A stretch of DNA of 64,000 nt from Lautropia sp. (GCA_030532895.1 JAUNKF010000005.1:24780-88779), one strand, 5' to 3'. Positions 45,941 to 56,355 are shown, numbered from the stretch's first letter. The notes: generated by a model from the letters alone, not told the origin. A program made the numbers and translations.

Positions 45941-46228
45941 ATGAAAACAGCAGAGGTGAAGATCGTCAACCGCCTGGGGATGCATGCCCGCCCGTCGGCG
46001 GCTCTGACACAGACGGCCACGCGCTTTCAGAGCGGTGTCTGGCTGACGAAAGGGGGCGGTGGCCGGCGGGTCAACGGCAAGAGCATCATGGGCGTGATGA
46101 TGCTGGCGGCCGCCTGTGGCAACACCTTGCTGATCGAGGTGGACGGGGTGGATGAGGATGCTGCCCTGGAAGCGTTGACGGCGCTGGTGGCCTCAGGCTT
46201 CGGGGAAGAGATCGCAGGGGAAGGTTGA
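45941..46228 (+). CDS. ptsH: Phosphocarrier protein HPr
   Basis: MKTAEVKIVNRLGMHARPSAALTQTA (His15 context GMHARP) and Ser46-like GKSIMGVMML. 95 aa. The track ORF has a 19-aa upstream extension. Confidence 0.9.
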   Translation: MKTAEVKIVNRLGMHARPSAALTQTATRFQSGVWLTKGGGGRRVNGKSIMGVMMLAAACGNTLLIEVDGVDEDAALEALTALVASGFGEEIAGEG

Positions 46229-47988
46229 TGCAGAGGCTGACAGGTTCACCCGTTGGTGGTGGGGTGGTGCTGGGACGAGCCTGCGTGCTGGAAACCGGCC
46301 TCATCGACGTGCCGCGCTTTCAGATTGGGCCAGATGATGTCGAGGCCGAGACCGAGCGTCTGCGCCGGGCGGGGGAGCGCGTCAATGCGGAGCTGCAAGC
46401 GGTGGCCGAGCAGTTGCCGCCCGATGCGCCGGCTGAGGCCAAGGCGTTGCTCGACGTACAGCAGATGTTGTTGCATGATCCAGCGCTTTTCGAGGCGGCG
46501 TGCGAGAAGGTGCGCGCCTCGCTCGTCAATGTGGAGTGGGCCATCTCCGACATGGCCGAAGAGCTGGCTGCGCAGTTTCGGGCCATCGATGATCCTTATC
46601 TGAAGGAGCGTGGGCGCGATGTCGAGCAGGTGGCCGAGCGTGTGTTGAAGGCACTGGCAGGCACGTCGCTGTCGGTGCCGCCACGGGAATCGGGTGAGCC
46701 GCTGATTTTCGTGGCGCAGGATCTTCAGCCGGCCGACATGCTGCAGATCAAGGGGGCGCGTGGCTTCGTCTTCGAGCGAGGGGGCACCCACTCGCACACG
46801 GCCATTCTCGCGCGCAGCCTGAAGGTGGCGGCGGTGGTGGGCGTGCCAGGCGCATCGCTGGCCATTCAGGATGGCGATGTGCTGATTCTGGATGGTGATG
46901 CGGGTGAGGTGATCGTCTCGCCGGATGAGGCCACGCTGTTCCAGTACCGGGATCGTCAGCGTCAGGCCGCCGAGGAAGAGCGCCATCTGGCCAGTCTGGC
47001 GGCTGTGCGCTGCGTGACACGCGATGGTCAGGCCGTGAGCTTGCTCGCCAACATCGAGCAGCCCGAGGAGGCGCATGATGCGTTGCGGCAGGGGGCCGAG
47101 GGGGTGGGGCTTTTCCGTTCCGAGTTCCTGTTTCTGAACCGGGCCGATCTGCCCGATGAGGAGGAACAGTACCGGGCCTACCGGGATGCCGTGCTGGCGA
47201 TGCAGGGGCGCCCGGTGACGATTCGCACGATCGATGTGGGGGCCGACAAGGTGCTGCCTGCCCAAGCGCTGATCCCTGGTGATGTGTCGGTGCTGGGTCG
47301 ACGGGCCATCCGTTTCAGTCTGGCCGAGCCGGAGATGTTCCTCGTGCAGTTGCGTGCCTTGCTGCGGGCCTCGGCGCATGGGCCGGTGCAGATCCTGCTG
47401 CCGATGCTCTCTCAGGTGCAGGAGGTGGACGATGCGTTGCAGTTGCTCGCCCAGGCGCGTGATCAGCTGCGAGGGCGGGGTGAGGTGGTGGCCGATCATG
47501 TGCCGGTGGGCGGCATGGTCGAAGTGCCGGCGGCAGCCTTGTCGGCGGGGGCCTTTGCCCGCAAGCTGGATTTTCTGGCCATCGGCACGAATGACCTGGT
47601 GCAATATACGCTGGCCATCGACCGCACCGATTACCGGATCTCGCACCTCTACGATGAGTTTCACCCGGCCGTGCTGCGTCTGATCGCGCTCACGATCCGG
47701 GCAGCACGCAAGGCCGGCAAGCCTGTCTGCCTGTGTGGAGAGATGGCGGGCGAAACCAGTGCCACGCGGATGCTGTTGGGCATGGGGTTGCGAACCTTTT
47801 CGATGTTGCCCTCTCGCCTGTTGCGGGTGAAGCGGGTGGTGCTGTCGGCCGATGCGGGTCAGTTGAGGCCGAAGGTGCGTCGCTTGCTGGTGCAGGATGA
47901 TCTGGCGCTGGTGCGGGCGAATCTGCTTGCACTGGACGTGGAGGTCGACAGTTTGCCGCCTGTGTCCGCGGGCCGTCAGCGCGGTTGA
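46225..47988 (+). CDS. ptsI: Phosphoenolpyruvate-protein phosphotransferase (Enzyme I)
   Basis: [21 protein letters not shown] (active His), PEP-utilizing C-terminal domain ...[16 protein letters not shown]. 587 aa. Confidence 0.95.
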   Translation: MMQRLTGSPVGGGVVLGRACVLETGLIDVPRFQIGPDDVEAETERLRRAGERVNAELQAVAEQLPPDAPAEAKALLDVQQMLLHDPALFEAACEKVRASLVNVEWAISDMAEELAAQFRAIDDPYLKERGRDVEQVAERVLKALAGTSLSVPPRESGEPLIFVAQDLQPADMLQIKGARGFVFERGGTHSHTAILARSLKVAAVVGVPGASLAIQDGDVLILDGDAGEVIVSPDEATLFQYRDRQRQAAEEERHLASLAAVRCVTRDGQAVSLLANIEQPEEAHDALRQGAEGVGLFRSEFLFLNRADLPDEEEQYRAYRDAVLAMQGRPVTIRTIDVGADKVLPAQALIPGDVSVLGRRAIRFSLAEPEMFLVQLRALLRASAHGPVQILLPMLSQVQEVDDALQLLAQARDQLRGRGEVVADHVPVGGMVEVPAAALSAGAFARKLDFLAIGTNDLVQYTLAIDRTDYRISHLYDEFHPAVLRLIALTIRAARKAGKPVCLCGEMAGETSATRMLLGMGLRTFSMLPSRLLRVKRVVLSADAGQLRPKVRRLLVQDDLALVRANLLALDVEVDSLPPVSAGRQRG

Positions 47989-48136
47989 GCATGACAGCCA
48001 GGTCTGGCCCCTCCTTCCTCGTGCAAACCTTGCCGGGCCTGCATGGCAGGTACTGCATGCAGGCGGTGTGTATGCCGGTGTCAAGCGGTTGCCCGTTGCA
48101 ACGAGATGGCGTTTTTTCTCTTCGGAGTTTTATGGC

Positions 48137-49261
48137 ATGAGTCTGCTGGTCACACCCGTCAGGCATCGGTTCGAGACGCCGCTGCCGCTCACGAGCGGTG
48201 GTGAGTTCGGCCCCTACGAGTTGGTCTATGAAACCTATGGTGCGCTGAATGAGGATCGCAGCAACGCGGTGCTGATCTGTCATGCGTTGAATGCCTCGCA
48301 CCATGTGGCCGGGCTGACTGCGGGCACGGCCGATGATTACGGCTGGTGGTCGAACATGGTGGGGCCGGGTCGACCGGTGGACACCGACCGTTTTTTCGTG
48401 ATCGGGGTCAACAACCTGGGCAGCTGCTTCGGCTCCACCGGGCCGATGTCGATCGACCCACAGACGGGGCGTCCCTATGGGCCGAGCTTTCCGGTGGTGA
48501 CGGTGGAAGACTGGGTGCATGCGCAGGCACGCCTGGCCGATGCGCTGGGTATCGAGCGTTTTGCCGCGGTCATGGGGGGGTCGCTCGGTGGCATGCAGGC
48601 ACTGGCCTGGAGCTATCTGTACCCGGAGCGGCTGGCCTACTGTGCAGCCATCGCCACGGCGCCGAGGCTTTCGGCCCAGAACATCGCCTTCAACGAAGTG
48701 GCGCGGCGAGCCATCATCACCGATCCCGAGTTTCACGACGGTCGTTTCTATGATTACAACACGGTGCCGGGGCGGGGGCTGCAGGTGGCGCGGATGATCG
48801 GCCACATCACCTACCAGTCCGACGACACGATGGCCGAGAAATTCGGTCGGATGTTGAAGCACGGCAACTACGGCTTTTCTTTCGATGTGGAGTTCGAAAT
48901 CGAGAGCTATCTGCGCTATCAGGGCGAGAAGTTCTCCCGGTACTTCGATGCGAACACCTATCTGTTGATCACGCGGGCACTGGATTATTTCGATCCGGCC
49001 CGTGCCTATGGGGGCAATCTGGCCCAAGCGCTGTCGCCTGCCAAGTGCGCGTTCCTGATCGTTTCCTTCACGACGGACTGGCGTTTTTCGCCGGCACGCA
49101 GCCATGAGATCGTCAAAGCCTTGCTTGCCAACCGTACACCCGTCACCTATGCCGAGATCGATGCACCGCATGGCCATGATGCCTTCCTGCTGGATGACCC
49201 CCGCTATCACGATCTGGTGAGAAGTTACTTCGATCGCATCCATTCGTCCCTTCACGCCTGA
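48137..49261 (+). CDS. metX: Homoserine O-acetyltransferase MetX (MetXS-type)
   Basis: Alpha/beta hydrolase with [33 protein letters not shown] and the catalytic [10 protein letters not shown]. Followed by metW, as typical. Start at [10 protein letters not shown]. Confidence 0.9.
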   Translation: MSLLVTPVRHRFETPLPLTSGGEFGPYELVYETYGALNEDRSNAVLICHALNASHHVAGLTAGTADDYGWWSNMVGPGRPVDTDRFFVIGVNNLGSCFGSTGPMSIDPQTGRPYGPSFPVVTVEDWVHAQARLADALGIERFAAVMGGSLGGMQALAWSYLYPERLAYCAAIATAPRLSAQNIAFNEVARRAIITDPEFHDGRFYDYNTVPGRGLQVARMIGHITYQSDDTMAEKFGRMLKHGNYGFSFDVEFEIESYLRYQGEKFSRYFDANTYLLITRALDYFDPARAYGGNLAQALSPAKCAFLIVSFTTDWRFSPARSHEIVKALLANRTPVTYAEIDAPHGHDAFLLDDPRYHDLVRSYFDRIHSSLHA

Positions 49262-49269
49262 GCACGCCG

Positions 49270-49881
49270 ATGCAAGCCGAAACCGAAACCCTGCGGCCTG
49301 ACCTGGCCGTCATTGCCGACTGGATCAAGCCCCACGCCAATGTGCTGGATCTGGGGTGTGGCGATGGGGCGCTGCTCGCCCACCTGTCGAAAGAGAAGCA
49401 ATGCCATGGTTATGGTGTTGAAATCGATGATGCCGAGGTGCTGGCCTGCGCGCGCCGCGGGGTCGATGTCGTGCAGCGGAACATCGAAGATGGTCTGGAG
49501 ATGTTTCGGGGCGGACAGTTCGATGTCGTCGTGCTGTCGATGGCCTTGCAGGCCACGAAGCGCACGGAGCGTGTGCTGGATGACATGAGCCGGGTGGCGG
49601 GGGAAGGCATCGTGTCCTTTCCGAACTTTGGCCATTGGTTCCATGTGTGGTCGATCCTGCGCGGCCGGATGCCGGTGACGCGCGAGATGCCCTACGAATG
49701 GTTCAACACGCCCAACCTGCACCTGACGACCCCGAGGGACTTTGAAGACTTGGCCAGACGGCTCGGTCTGGTCATCCTGGAGCGGGTTTTCCTGTCGGAA
49801 GGGCGGCCGGTTCGCTACTTTCCGGTGAAGCGGGCCACGCAGGCGATCTATCGTTTCCGGCGCCGGGAAAAGGGTGGTTAG
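49270..49881 (+). CDS. metW: Methionine biosynthesis protein MetW
   Basis: VLDLGCGDGALLAHL...SAM-MTase-like MetW fold. 203 aa, 8 nt after metX. Confidence 0.9.
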   Translation: MQAETETLRPDLAVIADWIKPHANVLDLGCGDGALLAHLSKEKQCHGYGVEIDDAEVLACARRGVDVVQRNIEDGLEMFRGGQFDVVVLSMALQATKRTERVLDDMSRVAGEGIVSFPNFGHWFHVWSILRGRMPVTREMPYEWFNTPNLHLTTPRDFEDLARRLGLVILERVFLSEGRPVRYFPVKRATQAIYRFRRREKGG

Positions 49882-50218
49882 TCGGAAAGCGGGGTGTTTC
49901 TGTTGTTTTTCGCAAACTTTGTGGCAAAAATGCCGCGATGGCAGAAAAACGACTGGACGATCGTTGTGCAGGAGGCTTGCCAAGTAACGCAGTGCGTTCC
50001 CGATTGAGTGTTAATGTTGCGTGAGATACGGTTTGTAATCTTTGTACGCAGACGGCGCCGATAGTGCGTTAATTGCATCTGCGGCGCCGAAACGTGCTGA
50101 ACAGAATGCTTCTGTCCACAGCCCGGCTGCGTTGCAATTCTCAACCAGTCAGGCTGACAAGGGATCGCTTCCGCTCTGGGAGGCTTTGTGGTCTGACACA
50201 GGGATCAGGAGTGTTTGA

Positions 50219-50647
50219 ATGCCACAAACCGATCGAAGCGCACGATATTCGGAATACCGGGTCTGGGGTCTGGGCCAGCGGGGGGCACCGCTGGAGATCT
50301 ACGACCCGGCACGCTTCCCGTTCATTGCTCAGGTCATCGAGCACATGGGAGGGCGCTTGCTTGAGATCCGCGGTGAGGGCGAGCCGATCCAGATCGCGCT
50401 GGCAGAAGCCCGGCGCACCGATGATCCGGATGCCATCAGCCGGCGTTTCACGCCCTTTTTCTCGTCCCTGACCTCGTTGGACTTCTTTTGCAAGCTGAAT
50501 CTGCAAACCTATCTGTCCATCGAGCTGGGGGCCGCCCCACGCCGTTGGTTCTGGCAGGAAGATACCCAGGCGGGCCATCGTTCGTCGGGGGTCGGCTCGA
50601 TCGTCAACGAAACGTCGGTCAGCATTGCCCGTAGCGCCAGTCATTGA
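50219..50647 (+). CDS. Hypothetical protein (142 aa)
   Basis: High GC3 on the plus strand; the antisense ORF 50141..50677 has lower GC3. No recognisable motif. It is preceded by a 337-nt AT-containing untranslated region after metW. Confidence 0.4.
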   Translation: MPQTDRSARYSEYRVWGLGQRGAPLEIYDPARFPFIAQVIEHMGGRLLEIRGEGEPIQIALAEARRTDDPDAISRRFTPFFSSLTSLDFFCKLNLQTYLSIELGAAPRRWFWQEDTQAGHRSSGVGSIVNETSVSIARSASH

Positions 50648-50759
50648 GCGTTGTTTCCCGAGCAGGTTGCATGTCAAACGATGTGCCGCCTGTTCGTGTC
50701 AAGCCCTCCGACGATATCATTAGGGGTGTAACCGATTTCTCGCGCCAGCAGCCCTTCTG

Positions 50760-51479
50760 ATGAGTGCCAACGTTCCACCCAAAGCCTTTCCAGGGCCAGA
50801 CATGCAGTTCTGGGAGAACTGCTATCAGTCCGGCAAGACCCCGTGGGAGAAAAGCCGGCCCAATCCACAACTTGAAAGCTGGATCCGGACAGGCAGGCTT
50901 TCGCCGATCGTCGCCAGCGATGCCCGGCCGGGGAGCAATGATGATTCGCGGGTCGTGCGCGTGCTGGTACCCGGCTGTGGGAGCGGCCACGAAGTGGTGC
51001 TGTTGGCCGAATGGGGCTTCGACGTGTTGGGGCTGGATTATGCCCCGGCCGCCGTGGCACAAGCCCGTGACCTGTTGCGGGCTTTGCTGACCTCCCGTCA
51101 GGCGGGCCGGGTCGTGCGGGCCGAAGTGTTGCAGGCCGACCTCTTCGAGTATGCGCCCGAAGTCGCTTTCGATGCCGTTTACGACCAACAGTGCCTGGTG
51201 GCCATTCATCCGTCGCGCTGGCCGGCTTATGCGGATCGACTGCATCAGTGGCTGCGGCCCGGCGGCGAATTCTTGCTCGTGCTCGACCAGGATCTGACCG
51301 AAGCGGTGGCTGCTGCCCAGGCGCAGGCCGGGGAACCACGTCGTGGGCCGCCCTATGCCGTGAGTCTGGATCAGCTCAAGACCGTGTTTGGCGCTGAGCG
51401 CTGGGAGTGGCCCGACGCGCTGCCGGCCGAGCTGGTTAACGCGCAGGGGCAGATCGGGCTGGTACTGACCCGGCTTTAG
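50760..51479 (+). CDS. Thiopurine S-methyltransferase-like SAM-dependent methyltransferase
   Basis: FWENCYQSGKTPWE...VLVPGCGSGHEVVLLAEWGFDVLGLDYAPAAV matches the TPMT family (FWx..Y..G.TPW; LVPLCG.G.D...LA..G..V.G.D). Confidence 0.75.
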   Translation: MSANVPPKAFPGPDMQFWENCYQSGKTPWEKSRPNPQLESWIRTGRLSPIVASDARPGSNDDSRVVRVLVPGCGSGHEVVLLAEWGFDVLGLDYAPAAVAQARDLLRALLTSRQAGRVVRAEVLQADLFEYAPEVAFDAVYDQQCLVAIHPSRWPAYADRLHQWLRPGGEFLLVLDQDLTEAVAAAQAQAGEPRRGPPYAVSLDQLKTVFGAERWEWPDALPAELVNAQGQIGLVLTRL

Positions 51480-51513
51480 TTCGTCTCAGGCGTGCACCGA
51501 GGGCCGGGTTCGC

Positions 51514-51789
51514 TCAATGCAGCCGCTTGATCGGGATCACGGCATGCGGCATGGCGCAGCGGATGGCTTGTGCCGCATAAGCTTGACACAGGTCACGGGC
51601 TGCCGTTTGCACGGGTTCAGGCACTTCTTCGCACAGGATCACCTGCAGCAAGGTTTCGGCGATCAGGTCGAAATCGGCATAGCGTCCCTGTGCCGGCGCT
51701 TCGTTCATCAGGCGCCACAGCTCTGCCACCACCGTTGTCGGGTGCTCATCGACAAACCGTCTTAGTTCCGATGGCTTATCCTGGGTCAT
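51514..51789 (-). CDS. Hypothetical small protein (91 aa)
   Basis: ORF with moderate GC3 between the methyltransferase and recQ. No motif recognised. Confidence 0.3.
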   Translation of the reverse strand: MTQDKPSELRRFVDEHPTTVVAELWRLMNEAPAQGRYADFDLIAETLLQVILCEEVPEPVQTAARDLCQAYAAQAIRCAMPHAVIPIKRLH

Positions 51790-52065
51790 GGGTCGTCTCG
51801 GGCAGCGCTAAGATGAGGGGGTGGCAAGGCCAGTCGTGCCGTCAAGGCGGGCCATGCTGATCGTAGTCGCAGAATGCTAAGACATTTGCGAATACCGCAT
51901 CATCATCATAGTTATTACAAGCCGATAAATGTCAGATTAACCGACGGAAGGAATCGGCTCCTTTGCAAAAAGATGCGAGCTTTTGTATCTGCCTTGAACA
52001 GACTGGCCGACACCCTGACCGACTGGGACGGCGTCGCCGAGCGCCAGCCCTCTTCGCCTCCCGAC

Positions 52066-53922
52066 ATGGATCCAGACACCATGAATGCTGATGCCGTGCT
52101 GCAGCAGGTTTTCGGCTATCCGGCCTTCCGGGGCCATCAGCGCGACATCATCGAGCATGTCGTCGAGGGCGGTCATGCGCTGGTGCTGATGCCCACCGGG
52201 GGCGGCAAATCGCTGTGCTATCAGATTCCGGCCTTGCTGCGGCCGGGCGTTGGCATCGTGGTCTCGCCGCTGATCGCCTTGATGCAGGATCAGGTGGCGG
52301 CGCTGCGGGAGTTGGGGGTGTCTGCTGCCTACCTCAATTCTTCGCTCAGCCAGGAGGAGGCGTCCGACATCGAGCGGGCGCTGCTGGATGGTGAGCTGAA
52401 GCTGCTCTACATTGCGCCCGAGCGTTTGCTGACCGAGCGCACGTTGGCCTTGCTCGATCGTTGCCGGATCGGGTTGATCGCCATCGACGAGGCGCATTGT
52501 GTGTCGCAGTGGGGGCATGATTTCCGGCCGGAGTACATGGATCTGGGGCGCCTTGCCCAGCGCTTTCCGTCGGTGCCCCGGATTGCGCTCACAGCCACGG
52601 CCGATGATCTCACGCGACGGGAAATGGTGGCCCGGCTGGCACTCACCGAGGCCCGCACCTTTCTCACCAGTTTCGACCGCCCCAACATCCGCTATCACAT
52701 CGTCGAGAAGCGCGATTCGCGCCAGCAGCTCTTGCGTTTCATCCGCAATGGGCACGAAGGGGAGTCGGGCATCGTCTATTGCGCCACCCGTTCGCGGGTG
52801 GAACAGGTGGCGGCTTTTTTGCAGGCCGAGGGTTTTCATGCACGTGCCTATCATGCGGGGCTGGATGCCGAGGAACGCTCGGAGGTGCAGACGGCCTTTC
52901 AGCGCGAAGACGGGATGATCGTGGTGGCCACCATCGCCTTTGGCATGGGTATCGACAAGCCCGATGTCCGCTTCGTGGCGCACCTCGATCTGCCGCGTTC
53001 CATCGAAGCTTATTATCAGGAAACGGGGCGTGCCGGGCGAGATGGCATGCCGGCTGAAGCCTGGATGGCCTATGGCCTGTCGGATGTGTTGCAGCAGCGC
53101 CGTTTCATCGAGCAGTCGGAGGCGCATCCGGATTTCAAACGGCAGGCCAATGCCAAGCTGGATTCGATGCTCGCCTTGTGTGAGGCCACCGATTGCCGGC
53201 GTGTGCGATTGCTGGCCTATTTTGGGGAGCCGGCTGAAGCCTGTGGCAATTGCGACAACTGTCTGACGCCGCCACAGACGATGGATGGCACGGTGCTTGC
53301 GCAGAAATTCATGTCCTGCGTCTATCGGTGTCAGAAAGCCAGTGGCATGTCCTTTGGCGCACAGCACCTGATCGATGTGCTCAGAGGCGCCGACAATGAC
53401 AAGGTGAGGCGCTTTGGCCATCAGAATCTGGCGGTTTTCGGGATCGGGGCCGATCTCAGCGTCTCGCAATGGCGCTCGGTGGTGCGACAACTCTCCATTG
53501 CCGGCCTGATCCAGATCGATGCCGAGCGCTTTCAGACCGTGTTGCTCACCGAAGCCAGCCGGCCCGTGCTGAAGGGCGAGCAGTCGGTGGCCATCCGCCA
53601 GCCTTCGGAAAACGCCCGCGACACCCGTGCCCGCCAGCGTCAGCGTGGTGCCGTGGCTTCGACGTTGGAGCAGGATCTGGATGCCGAGGGCATGGCCTGC
53701 TTTGGGCGGCTACGTGTCTGGCGCAGTCAGCAGGCCAAGGCGAGCGGTGTACCCGCCTACGTGATCTTTCATGATGCCACGCTGCACGACATCGCCAGCC
53801 GGATGCCGGCCGACTTGGCGGCATTGGCCCAGGTGCCCGGCGTTGGCACGAAGAAGCTGGAGACCTATGGTGAGGCCGTGCTGAGCGTGGTGGCCCGGCG
53901 TGAGGATGAGCTGGTGGGTTGA
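52066..53922 (+). CDS. recQ: ATP-dependent DNA helicase RecQ
   Basis: Collinear with E. coli RecQ: VFGYPAFRGHQRDII, LVLMPTGGGKSLCYQIPAL, DEAHCVSQWGHDFRPEY, the zinc-binding CGNCDNC, winged helix and a C-terminal HRDC (VPAYVIFHDATLHDIA). The track ORF starts at 51874 in an AT-rich promoter region; the probable start is MDPDTMNADAV. Confidence 0.9.
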   Translation: MDPDTMNADAVLQQVFGYPAFRGHQRDIIEHVVEGGHALVLMPTGGGKSLCYQIPALLRPGVGIVVSPLIALMQDQVAALRELGVSAAYLNSSLSQEEASDIERALLDGELKLLYIAPERLLTERTLALLDRCRIGLIAIDEAHCVSQWGHDFRPEYMDLGRLAQRFPSVPRIALTATADDLTRREMVARLALTEARTFLTSFDRPNIRYHIVEKRDSRQQLLRFIRNGHEGESGIVYCATRSRVEQVAAFLQAEGFHARAYHAGLDAEERSEVQTAFQREDGMIVVATIAFGMGIDKPDVRFVAHLDLPRSIEAYYQETGRAGRDGMPAEAWMAYGLSDVLQQRRFIEQSEAHPDFKRQANAKLDSMLALCEATDCRRVRLLAYFGEPAEACGNCDNCLTPPQTMDGTVLAQKFMSCVYRCQKASGMSFGAQHLIDVLRGADNDKVRRFGHQNLAVFGIGADLSVSQWRSVVRQLSIAGLIQIDAERFQTVLLTEASRPVLKGEQSVAIRQPSENARDTRARQRQRGAVASTLEQDLDAEGMACFGRLRVWRSQQAKASGVPAYVIFHDATLHDIASRMPADLAALAQVPGVGTKKLETYGEAVLSVVARREDELVG

Positions 53923-54039
53923 ACGCACACGGTGTGAGCCATCCGATCCGGCGCTCGGCAGGTGTCCGTCACCGGCAGGGTGAGGCCCCCATCGTGCTTG
54001 GCAGCTGTTCGGCAAGGTGTTGGGGCGCAGGCCAGCGCA

Positions 54040-56355
54040 CTACACCGGAATCAGCGAGCCGATGGGCATCAGCGGCTGCTCTTCCCGGCCCACCAGTGCG
54101 TCCTCGAGTGGGCGGATGGCCGAGACGGCGCTGCCCTGCACCAGATCGAGACCCAGCTCGCGCAAGGGGCGCAGGTCGAGCGGGTTGTTGACCTGGTCGA
54201 TCAGGCACTCGATGCCCATCACCTCACAGATCGACTTGATGGCCGTGACTTCCTTGCAGGCGTGCGGATTGGCTTCCAGATCGGCGAACAGACGTCCATC
54301 GAGACGGATGTGCCGGATCGGCAGCTGGGTGAGCTGGTGCAGTGGCAGGTCGGCTTCGGCATCGAGCAGGTCGATGCCTGAGTGAACCGACAGCAGGCGC
54401 AGATCCTTCAGGAAGGCGCGTGCCCCTTCCGGGTTGTAGTCGAGCACTTGCGAGGGCAGTTCGATACAGAGCCGGTTGGCCGCTGTGCCGTCGGCGCCCA
54501 AGAGGCGGATCAGGTTGCCGGTGAAACCCGGTTCGGCCAGCGACAATGCGCTGAGCCGGAAGATCACCATGCCGTTGGCGGGCAGTGCCGCCCGGCGGGT
54601 GGCCATCGTCTGCAGGATCTGACTGAGCAGGTAGCGATCGAGGGCGGCTGAAGCGCCTTGGCGGGCTGCCGCGTGTTCGAGCCGGGTGGGCAGTTGCAGC
54701 TGCCCATTGGCGCCCAGCAGGCGGGGCAGCACCGTCAGCGATTGCGTGGGCACATCGTGCTGCAATGAGGTGACGGCTTGGGCATGTAGCCGGATCAGCG
54801 CTTCCGGCAATTGTTGCCGCAGGTTGGGGCCAAACTGGTGGCTGGCGTCCGGGTCGCTGAGGGCCGGGCTGTCGGCCATCACGGCATAGGTACGCACCCC
54901 TGATTCCTGCTCGGACAGCAGGCAGGCCAGGCGGGCGGATTCGATCAGCCGGTCGGCATTCATGCCGGCCACACTCTCCACCGCCCCGATGGCCACCTTG
55001 ATGTGGATCGACAGTCCCTGATGATCGATGGCCGTGCGCGAGAGACTGGTGAGCAGTGTGTTGGCCCGGCTGCGCGTGAGTGTCAGCTCGCTGCCGGGCA
55101 GCACCACCAGAAACTGGTCGTCACGGATGCGGCCCGAGACGGCGGGTGCTTGCAAGTGCTTGTCCAGATGCTGGGCCACGGCGCGCAGCACCGCATCGCC
55201 TGCCGCCCGGCCGAAGAGTTTGTTGATCTGACCGAACTGCTGGATGTTGAGGTAGAGGCAGCTGAGCGGTGTGCTGGTGCGCATCTGTACCAGTTGCTTG
55301 CTCAGGATGCGGCGCAGCCCCACGAGGTTCGGGGTGCCGGTCAACGCATCCTGCTCGGCAATTTCCTGGAACGTGGCGGCACGTCGGGCATGGGTCGTGA
55401 CCTCGTGCATGCCGATCTCGCTGCCATTGTCCCGAATGCTGGCCTCCAGCACCCAGACCTTGTCGATCCCGTTGCGGGAGAGGGTCAGCTCACTGTGATG
55501 GGTGCCGGTTTTTTTGAGGTCGTTCAGCAGCTGCTGGCCGACCGTGTTGCCGAGCAATGAGAAGATGTGCGGGTTCTGGTGTTGGGACAGATCGCCCCCG
55601 AAAGCGTCGGCGGCCCGCTGGTTCCAGCGCTGGATGCGTGCCTCCTGATCCAGGCTCAGGAGCGCCACCGGGGAGGTGTTGTAGATCCGGTGCAGCGTGC
55701 GGGCAGCATGTTCCAGTTGGGATTGGGTGTGCTGGAGCTGGCGCTCGCGTCGGGCGCTCTGGCTGAAGAAGGTGGCCACCCAGGTCATGATGCCAAGGGC
55801 TGCGCCGATGTGCAGCCAGGCAAGCGGCACAAAAAGAAGTGACCACTGACTTTCAAGGAAAGACAGGCTCAATACCGTTGAGCTGAGCAGTGCAGCGACG
55901 ATGGCCAGCTTTGCTTCGGCCATCGAACGCTGTTGCCGGAAAACGCTGATCAGCTGCCCGACCACCATGATGCTCAGCATGCCATTGATCGCTGAGGTGA
56001 GCCACAACCCGTGCTGATGGTTGAGAAAGGGCAGCAGGCAGCTCAGTGTGATCGCAAGCGCCGGTGCCAGATTGCGTGGTTCCCTTGCCTGCAGTCGTAC
56101 CGTGTTCTGCGTGGACGGGCTTTCCCTGAACAGGCAGTGAAGCAGGCCGATGACTGGCAACAACGACAGCGCCTGGATGAAGAGGACGGCCGTGTGCATC
56201 GAGTCGTTGATGTTGGCCGGCAGTTGCGTGATCCGAACGGCAATCACGGTCACTGCGATCAGGCAACAGGTCCACAAACCCAGCTGGGCATGACGGGGCC
56301 AGCGGCTAAGGGGGGTGAGCGTCAGGCCGAACAAGCGCACGGTATGGCTTTCCAA
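54040..56355 (-). CDS. Membrane sensor with PAS, degenerate GGDEF (RDDQF) and EAL-type domains
   Basis: N-terminal about 7 TM helices (MASE-like), then PAS (SPVALLSLDQEARIQRWNQRAADAFG), then a GGDEF-fold domain in which the GG[DE]EF motif reads SGRIRDDQFLVV, then a C-terminal EAL-fold (CIELPSQVL...HIRLDGRLFADL...LIDQVNNPLDLRPLRELGLDLVQG) that lacks a canonical EAL motif. Confidence 0.75.
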   Translation of the reverse strand: MESHTVRLFGLTLTPLSRWPRHAQLGLWTCCLIAVTVIAVRITQLPANINDSMHTAVLFIQALSLLPVIGLLHCLFRESPSTQNTVRLQAREPRNLAPALAITLSCLLPFLNHQHGLWLTSAINGMLSIMVVGQLISVFRQQRSMAEAKLAIVAALLSSTVLSLSFLESQWSLLFVPLAWLHIGAALGIMTWVATFFSQSARRERQLQHTQSQLEHAARTLHRIYNTSPVALLSLDQEARIQRWNQRAADAFGGDLSQHQNPHIFSLLGNTVGQQLLNDLKKTGTHHSELTLSRNGIDKVWVLEASIRDNGSEIGMHEVTTHARRAATFQEIAEQDALTGTPNLVGLRRILSKQLVQMRTSTPLSCLYLNIQQFGQINKLFGRAAGDAVLRAVAQHLDKHLQAPAVSGRIRDDQFLVVLPGSELTLTRSRANTLLTSLSRTAIDHQGLSIHIKVAIGAVESVAGMNADRLIESARLACLLSEQESGVRTYAVMADSPALSDPDASHQFGPNLRQQLPEALIRLHAQAVTSLQHDVPTQSLTVLPRLLGANGQLQLPTRLEHAAARQGASAALDRYLLSQILQTMATRRAALPANGMVIFRLSALSLAEPGFTGNLIRLLGADGTAANRLCIELPSQVLDYNPEGARAFLKDLRLLSVHSGIDLLDAEADLPLHQLTQLPIRHIRLDGRLFADLEANPHACKEVTAIKSICEVMGIECLIDQVNNPLDLRPLRELGLDLVQGSAVSAIRPLEDALVGREEQPLMPIGSLIPV

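Noticed and set aside
46246-49255. 612-aa and 521-aa minus ORFs antisense to ptsI and metX
   Set aside because: Both sense genes have strong conserved motifs. The antisense translations are Arg/His/Gln-rich.
51790-52065. LexA box upstream of recQ, and upstream of yedK (15789..15860)
   Set aside because: No CTGT-N8-ACAG match was found in either upstream region by eye.
51937-53490. 517-aa minus ORF antisense to recQ
   Set aside because: recQ is collinear with E. coli RecQ, including the Zn finger and HRDC.
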